Of a stretch of 64,000 nucleotides of DNA, positions 38,143 to 47,587 are shown piece by piece; position 1 is the stretch's first letter; each line of letters opens with the position of its first letter. Position numbers and translations under genes: made by a program. Source of the DNA: an uncultured delta proteobacterium (lineage in GTDB: Bacteria; Desulfobacterota; Desulfobacteria; Desulfobacterales; JAHEIW01); the NCBI GenBank assembly GCA_963706575.1, contig CAVPNL010000001.1:288001-352000 (forward strand). The letters are read 5' to 3'. The notes beneath the pieces were generated by a model. The model ran no database searches. It was not told the DNA's origin and was given only the letters and a program-made list of their open reading frames with translations.

Positions 38143-40017
38143 TTAAGGTTTTGCCTTTGTCTTTTCTTTTGAGCGCACCGGAACGATTGCCTTTTCCGGG
38201 CAAATCTGGGCACAAACCGCACAGCCTGTACAAAGGTCCGCATTGATGTAAACTTTTTCGCCTTCGGTGTAGAAAGCCGGACAGGCAAGCTCATTGACAC
38301 AATCTCGGTGGTTTTTGCATTTGTCGCTGATATAAAAAGGTTTGCCGCGGCCCTTTTTCAGACTCTGGGCATAAAGGGTACAGGCTTCTTTGGAGATGAT
38401 TACGGATACGCCTTTAAAATTGATGGCTTCCTTTAAAGCCTCGATGCTTTTGTTCACCCGAAAGGGTTTGATCACTGTCACATGCGGCACGCCGATAGCC
38501 CGAACCACTTTTTCGATCGATACCCGGCCATAGCCGGTCAGATTAAAATCTCCCATATCAACACCCGGATTGGGTTGATGCCCGGTCATGGCGGTGGTGC
38601 TGTTGTCCAAAACCACCAGGGTAAAATCATGGTTATTAAAAACAGCGTTTACCAGACCGGGGATGCCGGAGTGGAAAAAAGTCGAATCGCCGATAAAGGA
38701 AATAACCTTTTTGTCAGTGGCAGTTGAAAAACCACATCCCGTGCCGACTGAGGACCCCATGCACAGGAGAAAATCCGCTGTTGAAAGCGGCGGCAGAACA
38801 CCGAGAGTATAACACCCGATGTCGGTGGGATAAATGGTGTCCAGGCCTTCGGCCGCTTTTTTAACGGCATAATACGTGGCGCGATGGGAGCAGCCGGCGC
38901 ACAGGTTGGGCGGTCGTTGTGGCACCTCCGGAACATCGGAAATATCCATTTTAGCGCTGGGTGTATACGGCACTTCGAAAAACTTGGCGATATTTTCTCT
39001 TACCTGGGCGGGGTCGAACTCGTAAAGGCGTGTGAACAGGTCTTTGGCTTTTCCGCGGATCGGCAGGGTTAAACTTTCTTCCTGGGCAAAGGCCTTGATC
39101 TGTTCCTCCATATAGGGTTCACCTTCCTCAATAACCAGCACTTTGTCACATGCTTTCAAAAAGGTCTTAATTAATTTTTCGGGCATAGGGTACGAAAAGC
39201 CCAATCGAAGTACGCGGACGCGATCGGCGATATTTAATTCTTTGATGCCATCCAACGCATAGTTGTAGCTGACACCATTGCAAACGATGCCCCATTTTCC
39301 ATCGCCCTTAATGAAATTAAAGGGTGAATCTTCTGAAAATTCTAAAGCCTTTTCGATGTTTTCCAGCAGCTTAACATGTAATTTTCTGGAAACAGCCGGT
39401 ACCGTGACCAGATTAAAGGGGTCTTTGATAAAGTCGCCTTTGGTTTTGGGCGCTTTTATTTCTCCCAGGGTGACAATCGCACTGGAGTGGTTGATGCGGG
39501 TGGTTGTGCGAAACAGAACCGGTTCCTGCAGTTTTTCGGAAATCTCAAAAGCATAGCCCACCATATCTTTGGCTTCTTCAACCGAAGAGGGTTCTACCAT
39601 GGGCAATCCGGAAAGTTTGGCATAAAAACGGTTATCCTGCTCATTCTGGCTGGAAAACATATAAGGGTCATCGGCTGTCAGGACGACCATCCCGCCCTTG
39701 ACCCCTACATAGGCCAGGGTCATCAGCGCGTCAGCCGCTACATTGACACCCACATGTTTCATGACGCACATGCTGCGCACGCCGGAATTGGCCGCCGCCG
39801 CCGCCACTTCCATGGCAACTTTTTCATTGGTGCTGTATTCAAAATAAAGATCGCTTTCCCGGGAAGTCTGAAAAAACTGTAAGGAAATTTCAGAAGAGGG
39901 TGTGCCGGGATAGGTGCTGGCAACCGCAACACCCGCTTCGATGGCTCCTCTGGCAATGGCCTCATTACCCAAAAGCAGCATTTTTTGACCTGGGTTTTCG
40001 GTAAGTAATTTGTGCAT
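38143..40017 (-). CDS. iorA: Indolepyruvate:ferredoxin oxidoreductase alpha subunit
   Basis: GNEAIARG, YPGTPSSE, SSQNEQDNR, LCAGCSHR, GDSTFFH, C-terminal ferredoxin motif CTGCAVCAQICP. Confidence 0.95.
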   Translation of the reverse strand: MHKLLTENPGQKMLLLGNEAIARGAIEAGVAVASTYPGTPSSEISLQFFQTSRESDLYFEYSTNEKVAMEVAAAAANSGVRSMCVMKHVGVNVAADALMTLAYVGVKGGMVVLTADDPYMFSSQNEQDNRFYAKLSGLPMVEPSSVEEAKDMVGYAFEISEKLQEPVLFRTTTRINHSSAIVTLGEIKAPKTKGDFIKDPFNLVTVPAVSRKLHVKLLENIEKALEFSEDSPFNFIKGDGKWGIVCNGVSYNYALDGIKELNIADRVRVLRLGFSYPMPEKLIKTFLKACDKVLVIEEGEPYMEEQIKAFAQEESLTLPIRGKAKDLFTRLYEFDPAQVRENIAKFFEVPYTPSAKMDISDVPEVPQRPPNLCAGCSHRATYYAVKKAAEGLDTIYPTDIGCYTLGVLPPLSTADFLLCMGSSVGTGCGFSTATDKKVISFIGDSTFFHSGIPGLVNAVFNNHDFTLVVLDNSTTAMTGHQPNPGVDMGDFNLTGYGRVSIEKVVRAIGVPHVTVIKPFRVNKSIEALKEAINFKGVSVIISKEACTLYAQSLKKGRGKPFYISDKCKNHRDCVNELACPAFYTEGEKVYINADLCTGCAVCAQICPEKAIVPVRSKEKTKAKP

Positions 40018-40170
40018 TGAATTATCCTCTTAGAGATTGTTAAATGATCGGAATATTATGGAAGTTTCAAAAGCCTATTTCGTTAACAAATTTACTTTGA
40101 ATTTGTAGCTATTTTTTGAAATTGTGTCAATTAAATGGATAAAGATTATGTTTTTGTTGAAGCTTATATT

Positions 40171-40206
40171 TAGCTACATTAAAGCTACATTGTAGTTTCT
40201 GTCAAG
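40171..40206 (-). promoter_or_regulatory. Sigma70-like promoter and candidate operator upstream of iorA
   Basis: Minus strand reads TTGACAgaaaCTACAATGTAGCTttaaTGTAGCT; a similar site lies at 46281-46320. Confidence 0.6.
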
Positions 40207-40256
40207 CTAAAATATTGTAAATTAAGGGAAGGAAAGCCGAAAATTTGAGGAATTGT

Positions 40257-40481
40257 TTAGGCAGGCCTTTTACGCGTGTAGATCGTTTTATAAAGTTGTG
40301 GCGATACTGCCATGCAACCGGTGCAGCCCGGCTCTTCATCGGGATCAAAAGGCTCCAGATGAACCTCGAGGCCGATGTCCTTATACATGTCAGCCATTTC
40401 GGATAGCCGGGGTTCATCATAGGTGGCCTGTCTTTGCCACCCCTGATGGACCAGTTCCTCCTGGCGTGTCATGGCGATCAC
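40257..40481 (-). CDS. Small hypothetical protein with CxxC
   Basis: GWQRQATYDEPRLSEMADMYKDIGLEV...CTGC...IYTR; GTGA overlap with the upstream gene (alternative ATG at 40472). Confidence 0.72.
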   Translation of the reverse strand: MIAMTRQEELVHQGWQRQATYDEPRLSEMADMYKDIGLEVHLEPFDPDEEPGCTGCMAVSPQLYKTIYTRKRPA

Positions 40482-42517
40482 GATCCTTTATATACCGGTT
40501 TCTTGCGACCCAACGATGAAAGACCTTCCAGGGCATCCGCCGTACTGAAGATATCTTTTGCACGCCCGAGCTCAATCTCTACTGCATCAGCGATGGATTT
40601 TCCGACCTGTTGATCGATGATTTCATTGGCCAATTTCAGGGCCAACGGTGCTTTGTAGCCGATGACTTTGGCCGTTTTGGCTGCGATTTCTTCTGGCACG
40701 CCCTCAGGCAGCTTCCCGGCCAACAACTTTGCTACATTTTCGCTGCTGCAGACCTGGGCCAGTATAGCAAATTTTTCGGGGAGGTCAGTTGGCTGGTATT
40801 TATCCGGCTTTCCTTCTGATACCAGTCGGCGAATAGCGCTTTCCACTTCAGCCGGTTCTACCAGCCGGTTAACGATGCCCAGTGCCTGGGCATCCGCTGC
40901 CTTGATGGGTGCACCGGTAAAGACGTAATATTTGGCAAGCTCCGGTCCGGTAAAGCGGGCCATGCGCAGCATACCGCCCAGTCCGGGGAAGATGCCGATG
41001 CCGGTTTCAGGAAAACCTATGGATCCTGATGGCGTTGCGATGATTGTCTGGCAGGCCATGGCGAGCTCACTACCGCCGCCTAGCGACAGACCGTCGAGCA
41101 AGGCAATGGTCAGCTTGTCTGAGTTTTCGATTTTAAGGAGCAGCTCATGGCCCCTGCGGGTAAATTCGACGATATCCGTAATTTTGTCTGCTTTTATTTT
41201 ATCGACAAACCACTTTATATCCGCTCCGGCTCCGAAAGCCTTGCCGGCGCCCTGAATCACGATGGCCGTGACAGCCGTGTTTTTTTCAGCTTCATCAAAT
41301 CGTTTGGCGATCTGGGCCACCACCGTTTCATTCAGGGCATTCATGGCTTCGGGCCGGTTAAGTGTGATATAAGCAATAGCGCCTTTAATTTGTAGATCCA
41401 CAAAATTGAAGGCAAAGGGTTTGCCGATCTGGTTTTGATTTTCAAGAATTTTTGGCATCTTGAAATCAGGGTATTTTTGGGTAATGGCTTTTACGGTTTG
41501 GTATGTTTTCTCTATTCCGATTTTATTCATGATTTCAAATGGCCCCTTTAACCAGCGTAGGCCGATTTTTGCACCCCGATCTGTGTCTTCAATGGAAGCA
41601 ACACCTTCGTCCACAAGGGCAGCGGCAACACCGAAGCAGACGCCGTAAAAGCGATCCCTGGCTTGCGGGATTTTAGATTCATCGATATCGCCGGCGAGAT
41701 CCCAGTTCTCATTTTTATCCATCTGAGCTTTTAAGATATCAGCTGTGGCATAAAACGGCCCCAGCTCATTTCCCAGGGTGGTTGAGGCGTGCACGGCGAT
41801 GGGGATTCCGGTGACATTCATGAGCTCAAACGGACCCATGCCGATTTTAAACGCCCTCTTGGCGGCTTCTTCAAGGGTGGGAATATTGGCCAGACCTTCT
41901 TCCAGCATGCGGGCGGCCTCATTTAAAAACGGAACAAAGAAGCGGTTTACGGCAAAGCCGGGCGCATCTTTGACGACAATGGCGGTTTTGCCATGAAGCT
42001 TGGCTGCTAAAAGCGATTTTTCCAGGGTCTCGGCGCTGGTCTTTGCATGGGGAATGACTTCCAGCAGACGATTTTTGGCCGGGTGATAGAAATAATGCAG
42101 CCCCACAAATCGATCCGGCCGAGCGGTTTTTTCGGCAAATTCGCGAACGTAAAAACTGGATGTATTGGTTGCCAGAATGGTCTTTTCGGAGCAGATCTGA
42201 TCCAGATTTTCAAAAAGATCGAATTTGACCTGTTTATCTTCAAAGACAGCTTCAATTACCAAATCAGCGTCTGCTACCATTTCAAAGTCGCATGTGCCAA
42301 TGATGCGTGAGAGGACATCGTGAACCTGATCTGCATCGAGAATCTTGCGTTCAACCGCTTCTTTCAGCGTTCGCCGAATGGTATTAATACCGCGTTCGAC
42401 AAATTCTTCTGTCATATCTACCAGAATGACGTTGAGACCCTCCTGGGCCAGTTTTTGGGCAATACCGCTGCCCATATTTCCTGCGCCGATGACCGCGATT
42501 TTGTTGATTTGTGACAT
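40478..42517 (-). CDS. 3-hydroxyacyl-CoA dehydrogenase / enoyl-CoA hydratase fusion
   Basis: IGAGNMGSGIA, EAVFED, NTSS, HYFYHP; C-terminal LNRPEAMNALN, GADI, GGGSELA, FPETGIG. Confidence 0.92.
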   Translation of the reverse strand: MSQINKIAVIGAGNMGSGIAQKLAQEGLNVILVDMTEEFVERGINTIRRTLKEAVERKILDADQVHDVLSRIIGTCDFEMVADADLVIEAVFEDKQVKFDLFENLDQICSEKTILATNTSSFYVREFAEKTARPDRFVGLHYFYHPAKNRLLEVIPHAKTSAETLEKSLLAAKLHGKTAIVVKDAPGFAVNRFFVPFLNEAARMLEEGLANIPTLEEAAKRAFKIGMGPFELMNVTGIPIAVHASTTLGNELGPFYATADILKAQMDKNENWDLAGDIDESKIPQARDRFYGVCFGVAAALVDEGVASIEDTDRGAKIGLRWLKGPFEIMNKIGIEKTYQTVKAITQKYPDFKMPKILENQNQIGKPFAFNFVDLQIKGAIAYITLNRPEAMNALNETVVAQIAKRFDEAEKNTAVTAIVIQGAGKAFGAGADIKWFVDKIKADKITDIVEFTRRGHELLLKIENSDKLTIALLDGLSLGGGSELAMACQTIIATPSGSIGFPETGIGIFPGLGGMLRMARFTGPELAKYYVFTGAPIKAADAQALGIVNRLVEPAEVESAIRRLVSEGKPDKYQPTDLPEKFAILAQVCSSENVAKLLAGKLPEGVPEEIAAKTAKVIGYKAPLALKLANEIIDQQVGKSIADAVEIELGRAKDIFSTADALEGLSSLGRKKPVYKGS

Positions 42518-42530
42518 AAAAGAACCTCGT

Positions 42531-42622
42531 TTTGTTTTATTGGTTGGATTCGTTCAATTTGTTCGATTGGTTACGTCTTTAACGAATAAGACCAATGAAA
42601 CCAATTAAACCAATCAAACCAG
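42531..42622. repeat. 9-bp-period tandem-repeat palindrome (ATTGGTTNN family)
   Basis: ATTGGTTGGATTCGTTCAATTTGTTCGATTGGTT ... AACGAATAAGACCAATGAAACCAATTAAACCAATCAAACCAG. Confidence 0.8.
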
Positions 42623-42623
42623 T

Positions 42624-43394
42624 TTATTTGTTCTTCCAAACCGGTTTACGCTTTTCCTCGAAGCTTTTGATGCCCTCCAGCACGTCCTCTGTTTTCATCA
42701 ATGAATTCAGAAACAGATCACTGACACTTTCAATGGCTTCTGGCAGCGGCATGCCCAGGTGCTTTTTGACTGCTCGTTTGTTCAAGCGAATGATGAGCGG
42801 GCTGTTGTATTGAATTTCCTTAACCAGACTGTCGGTGGCTTCGGAGAGCTGATCGTCAGCGACAGCATAACCGACCATTCCCATTTGCCGGGCTTCCTCA
42901 GCGCTATAACGCTTGCCGGTGGTGCAGATTTCAATTGCCTTGGAAGGACCCACCAGGTGGGGCAATCGCACGGCAGCATAGGGGGGTAAAAATGCGAGTT
43001 TGATTTCCGGCTGACCGAACAGGGCGCTTTGGGCTGCCACGATGATGTCACAGGCAATGGCAACCTCCATGCCCCCGCCCAGACAGGCACCGTGCACTGA
43101 AGCAATGACGGGCACTTCGATCTGGTCGATCATTTCAAAAATGCGGTTAAAGGTCTCGATCATTTTAGGGGCCATCTCAGGCTTGTGATCGGATACTTCA
43201 ACACCGGCGCAAAAGCTGGCCCCTGCGCCGTTGAGGACCACACATTTCAGTTGGTCATCTGCGATAAGCCCTTTTAGTTCGGTGATAAGTTCATTCATCA
43301 TTAGGATATCCAAAACATTGTGCTTCGGCCGATCAAATGTAATGCGCGCAACGCCGTCTGCTTTTTCAACTTTCAGATGCTGATATTCGCTCAT
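42624..43394 (-). CDS. dch: Cyclohexa-1,5-diene-1-carbonyl-CoA hydratase (crotonase family)
   Basis: FCAGVEVSDH, GGGMEVA, GQPEIKLAFLPP, EGIKSFEEKRKP; clustered with had and oah. Confidence 0.8.
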   Translation of the reverse strand: MSEYQHLKVEKADGVARITFDRPKHNVLDILMMNELITELKGLIADDQLKCVVLNGAGASFCAGVEVSDHKPEMAPKMIETFNRIFEMIDQIEVPVIASVHGACLGGGMEVAIACDIIVAAQSALFGQPEIKLAFLPPYAAVRLPHLVGPSKAIEICTTGKRYSAEEARQMGMVGYAVADDQLSEATDSLVKEIQYNSPLIIRLNKRAVKKHLGMPLPEAIESVSDLFLNSLMKTEDVLEGIKSFEEKRKPVWKNK

Positions 43395-43416
43395 GGTTAT
43401 GGCTCCTTTAGAGATA

Positions 43417-43555
43417 AGTGTTTAGTATTTAGTGTTTAGATTTAGTTTTAGATTTAGTGTTTAGTAACTGGTGTTTTGTGTTTGGAATCGCACCTAAAAA
43501 ATGAGCATTACAGTGAGTCCCTAAACGAAACACTAAACACAAAACACCAAACACT
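43417..43555. repeat. 7-bp-period tandem-repeat palindrome (GTGTTTA family)
   Basis: AGTGTTTAGTATTTAGTGTTTAG... facing ...AAACACTAAACACAAAACACCAAACACT. Confidence 0.8.
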
Positions 43556-43557
43556 AT

Positions 43558-43992
43558 CTACGCTTTTTCAAAAACATAGTTCAATTGCCCGTTCGGCAAT
43601 GTGTTGACAACGGTTTGCACTTCCATGCCCACCTGGATGTCGTCTTCCGGTACATCACCGGCGATTCTGCCAAACACTTTATAATCACCATAATCCACCA
43701 GCGCGATGCAGTAGGGGACATCTTCCTCGAACCCGATGGGCGCATATTGCAACTGGCTATAAGTCACCAGCTTGCCCTTGCCTGAGACTTCGAACCATTC
43801 CATGTTGCTGGTAAAACATTGATGGCAATCCGCCCGGGGCGGAAAGAAAGACAACCCGCAATCCTTGCAGCGGGTTCCCATGACCTTATTGTCTTCCAGG
43901 TAAGCCACAAAATCATTGGTTTTGGTTATAGCGGTAAAGCTTACCGTGCCGAATTTTTTAAATCGATCGTCTACTTCTTTTATTTTGCTCAT
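43558..43992 (-). CDS. DUF35-type Zn-ribbon/OB-fold thiolase partner
   Basis: CKDCG..FFPPR.DCHQC, GKGKLVTY; follows the thiolase. Confidence 0.88.
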   Translation of the reverse strand: MSKIKEVDDRFKKFGTVSFTAITKTNDFVAYLEDNKVMGTRCKDCGLSFFPPRADCHQCFTSNMEWFEVSGKGKLVTYSQLQYAPIGFEEDVPYCIALVDYGDYKVFGRIAGDVPEDDIQVGMEVQTVVNTLPNGQLNYVFEKA

Positions 43993-44024
43993 CGTTAAAC
44001 CTTTCTATTCTGGAAAATAAACCT

Positions 44025-44103
44025 CACACAAAGACGCAAAGTCGCTAAGATTAGTTTTATCATTGAGTGTTTTTATCCTTTGCAGTCTTGGCGGCTTTGC
44101 GTG
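44025..44103. repeat. 9-bp-period tandem-repeat palindrome (CGCAAAGNN family)
   Basis: CACACAAAGACGCAAAGTCGCTAAG ... CTTTGCAGTCTTGGCGGCTTTGCGTG. Confidence 0.72.
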
Positions 44104-44143
44104 CTAATTTAACTGTCAAACGATATCATCCACAAAGCCGGGT

Positions 44144-45310
44144 TTATCGGCCGAGAATCGTCACATTCCCATAGAGTCCCACACCGCCAATGTTGTGTAC
44201 CAACCCGATCTCCGGGTCTTTGACCTGGATATCGCCGGCCTCGTTTCTAAGCTGCAATACAATGGTGCGGATCTGGGATCCACCGGTAGCTCCGATCGGG
44301 TGGCCCTTGGATAACAGCCCGCCGTCAACATTCACCGGTATACGTCCTTCCTGATATGTTTCTTTGTTTCGGATTAATTCCTTGCCTTCGCCGGGTTTGG
44401 CAAAGCCCAGATTTTCATAGGCCATCATTTCAGCGATGGTAAAACAGTCATGCACTTCCGCTACATCAATGTCTTTAGGGCCGACGCCGGCCATGGCATA
44501 GGCCTGCTGTGCAGCCTGTTCGGCAACGGTTAAGCCCGTAAACAGATCTCTACCGGCTAAATTGACGCTGGTGGTCGCTGCACCGACACCCAGAATCCAG
44601 ACCGGTTTTTTCGAAAGGGATTTGGCCTTTTCTTCGCTGGCAACGATGACGCAGGAGCTGCCATCGGCATTGGCGCAGCAATCGCCCACCCGCAGCGGGC
44701 TGGCCACCGGACCGGCCATGCGGTTTTCCGGATCTGTAAACATCTCAAATTCTACCGGCTTGCGATATACGGCTTTCTCATTTAGCTGGCCGTAGGTCGC
44801 TGCTTTAACTCGAATCAGCGCCAGGTCGTCCAGGGTGGTGCCGTATTTTTCCATATGGGCTTTGGCATACATGGCGTAGTAAGCAGGCATCATGGTGCCA
44901 AAGGGGCTTTCCCACTGAATATCGGCACCCCGGCCCATGCGTTCCTGGGATTCGGAAGAACTGATTTCCGACATTTTCTGAAATCCGATCACCGCCACCG
45001 TATCGTGCAGGCCCGATTTCACCAGCGAATAGGCCAGTTTTAATCCGGTGCTGCTCGAGGAGCACAGGGTTTCGACGTAAAAGGTCGGCTGGGGATTCAA
45101 TCCCAGATATTCGGCAAATACGCCGGCCGGTGAACGCTGTTTGTCGTATTCGGGTGCCGAGCAGATGACCGAAGCATCGATGTCGCCGGTGCGCAGCTGC
45201 GCATCCTGCATGGCATCCTTGAATCCTTCAAATGCGAGCTCCCGGATAGAGCCCGGGTAGCTTCTGACAAATGTGCTCTGTCCGACTCCGATAATGGCTA
45301 CTTTACTCAT
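44144..45310 (-). CDS. SCP-x type thiolase (acetyl-CoA acetyltransferase)
   Basis: ETLCSSSS, EVHDCF, KGHPIGATG, HNIGG. Confidence 0.92.
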   Translation of the reverse strand: MSKVAIIGVGQSTFVRSYPGSIRELAFEGFKDAMQDAQLRTGDIDASVICSAPEYDKQRSPAGVFAEYLGLNPQPTFYVETLCSSSSTGLKLAYSLVKSGLHDTVAVIGFQKMSEISSSESQERMGRGADIQWESPFGTMMPAYYAMYAKAHMEKYGTTLDDLALIRVKAATYGQLNEKAVYRKPVEFEMFTDPENRMAGPVASPLRVGDCCANADGSSCVIVASEEKAKSLSKKPVWILGVGAATTSVNLAGRDLFTGLTVAEQAAQQAYAMAGVGPKDIDVAEVHDCFTIAEMMAYENLGFAKPGEGKELIRNKETYQEGRIPVNVDGGLLSKGHPIGATGGSQIRTIVLQLRNEAGDIQVKDPEIGLVHNIGGVGLYGNVTILGR

Positions 45311-45323
45311 AAGATTTCTCCCG

Positions 45324-45404
45324 TTGGTGTTCGGTGTTTCGTTTTTTGTGTTTGGAGGATTTTAAGACCAAACAACTAAACACCAAACACCAAATACTAA
45401 ACAC
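45324..45404. repeat. 7-bp-period tandem-repeat palindrome (GTGTTTR family)
   Basis: TTGGTGTTCGGTGTTTCG...TGTGTTTGG facing CCAAAC...TAAACACCAAACACCAAATACTAAACAC. Confidence 0.78.
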
Positions 45405-45407
45405 AAT

Positions 45408-46157
45408 TCATATGTATTGCCCGCCATCAACCTTTATAATTTCCCCGGTAATGTGCCTGGCCTTATCGGATGCCAGAAACGATATCAGATAGGCAAGGTC
45501 CTCCGGCTGGCCGACGCGTTTCAGGGCGCTTTCGCCCATGGCCAGGTCGATAATTTTATCTCTGGCTTCTGATTCTTTGAGCATGGCGGTTTCTATCAGG
45601 CCGGGAGCCACTGCATTGACCGTTACACCGAAGGCACCCAGTTCCTTTGCAAGCGCTTTGGTAAAACCTATGATACCGGCCTTTGAAGCGGAGTAGTTAG
45701 TCTGGCCGAATTTTCCGCGCAGCCCGTTAATTGAGGTCACATTGATAATCTTGCCGTACTTTTGTTCTTTCAAGAGCGGTGCCACGTGGCGGGTGAAGTT
45801 AAAATATCCTTTCAGATTGACTTCCAACACCCGGTCCCATTGTTCTTCGGTCATTTTCCAGGAGACCCCGTCCCAGTTCATGCCGGCGTTGTTCACCAGA
45901 ATTTCCAGGCTGCCGAATGCTTCTACGGCGGCTTTTACGACTTTTTCAGCGTCGGCAAAGGATGCAATATCGCATTGTACAGCCAGCGCTTTACGGCCCA
46001 TCGCCTGAATTTCTTCCGCATATTTAATGGCCTCGGCTTCGTGTTTGCGGTATGTCAGACAGACGTTTGCGCCCTCACGGGCCAGTTCGATCGAGGCGGC
46101 GGCACCGATTCCCTGTGAGCCGCCGGTCACCAGTGCATTTTTACCTTCCAGTAGCAT
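45408..46157 (-). CDS. SDR family 3-oxoacyl/3-hydroxyacyl-CoA oxidoreductase
   Basis: TGGSQGIG, NNAG, NYSASKAG, VAPG. Confidence 0.9.
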   Translation of the reverse strand: MLLEGKNALVTGGSQGIGAAASIELAREGANVCLTYRKHEAEAIKYAEEIQAMGRKALAVQCDIASFADAEKVVKAAVEAFGSLEILVNNAGMNWDGVSWKMTEEQWDRVLEVNLKGYFNFTRHVAPLLKEQKYGKIINVTSINGLRGKFGQTNYSASKAGIIGFTKALAKELGAFGVTVNAVAPGLIETAMLKESEARDKIIDLAMGESALKRVGQPEDLAYLISFLASDKARHITGEIIKVDGGQYI

Positions 46158-46280
46158 AAAATCCTCCTAAATTTTCCTCAACAGTCATTTTAGGTTATTG
46201 GAACTATTGGTTTATCTGTTGTTGCGACAAAATGCCGAAGACTAGATTAAAGCTGAGGCACGGTGAAGTCAATAAAAAAT

Positions 46281-46320
46281 CTTGACATCAGTATAGTTAC
46301 ATTGTAGCTAAAAAGTAGTT
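46281..46320 (+). promoter_or_regulatory. Sigma70-like promoter and candidate operator upstream of had-oah
   Basis: CTTGACAtcagtatagTTACATTGTAGCTaaaaaGTAGTT. Confidence 0.6.
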
Positions 46321-46410
46321 GCAAATTTTACGACTAAAAGCAAGTGAAATTTTGAAAAGATCAACTGAATTCACCAATTGAAATCATTTTAACTTGAAAG
46401 TGAGGATAAT

Positions 46411-47518
46411 ATGGCGGGCATACCTGACAAAATTCAAACCTGGCAGATGATCGCAACCCACGTCGCGCGATAAAGAAACCAAAGAGGTGACACCGGGCAA
46501 ACTCGAAAAAAAGGAAATTGATGTTCCGGAACTGCAGCCAGGTGAAGTGCTGGTTGAGGTTGCAGGCTGTGGCGTCTGTCACACAGACCTGGGGTATTTT
46601 TATGATGGTGTACCAACGGTTTGTAAGCCGCCGTTGACACTGGGACATGAAATTTCCGGTACGGTGGTTGCCGGAGACGAAGTATGGGTTGGCAAGGAAG
46701 TCATTATTCCGGCTGTTATGCCGTGCCGGAAATGTTTTCTGTGCAAAACCGGACGGGGCAATCGATGCCTCGATCAGAAAATGCCGGGGAACAGCCTTGG
46801 GATTTACGGCGGCTTTGCAAGTCACATCCCTGTACCCGGAATCGATCTCTGTGAAATCAAAGATCGGGGAGATATTCCGCTGGAACACCTGGCGGTGTTA
46901 GCGGATGCCGGCACCACGCCCTACCAGGCTGCCAAAAAGGCGGATTTACAGCCGGGGGATAATGTCGTGGTTATCGGTATCGGCGGTGGCGTCGGCCAGT
47001 ACATGGGACAAATTGCCAAGGGTTTAGGGGCCGGCACCGTCATCGGCATTGACATTACCCAGGAAAAACTGGATCGGGCTCTCAACTATGGCGCCGATTT
47101 TATCATCAACTCCGGCGACAAAGACGCCAGGGCGGTGTCCGGTGAATTTAAAGCTATCTGTAAGGAAAATGAGTTGCCGGGCTTTGGTTGGAAAATTTTC
47201 GAGGTCACCGGCGTCAAACCCGGTCAGGAAATCGGTCTGAACTTGCTGAGTTTTATCGGCAAATTGATTATCATCGGGTTTGGGCTTGGCAAGTCGGAAT
47301 ACATGATGAGTCGATTGATGGCTTTTGACGCTGAAATTATTGGGACCTGGGGCTGTTTGCCCGAATACTATCCCATCGTATTGAATATGGTGACCTCGGG
47401 TAAAATAAACATCGATGCCTTTGTTCAGACCCGTCCGATGAGTACAATTATGGAATCCTTTGAAGAAGCCCATAAGGTTCCGCCGGACCAGCGCATTGTA
47501 TTGACACCTGATTTCTAG
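46411..47518 (+). CDS. had: 6-hydroxycyclohex-1-ene-1-carbonyl-CoA dehydrogenase; +1 frameshift near 46452
   Basis: Zn-ADH motifs GCGVCHTD, LGHEISG, CRKCFLC...C, GTWGC; ATG at 46411 behind GAGG gives MAGIPDKIQTWQM, which rejoins ORF 46487-47518 after removing one base; directly upstream of oah. Confidence 0.9.
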
Positions 47519-47587
47519 CAACCGTCTCGAAAATGTCTTTTGGCCCAATACAAAAAACAGCTTTAATAAAATGAGGAGGTAACAATC

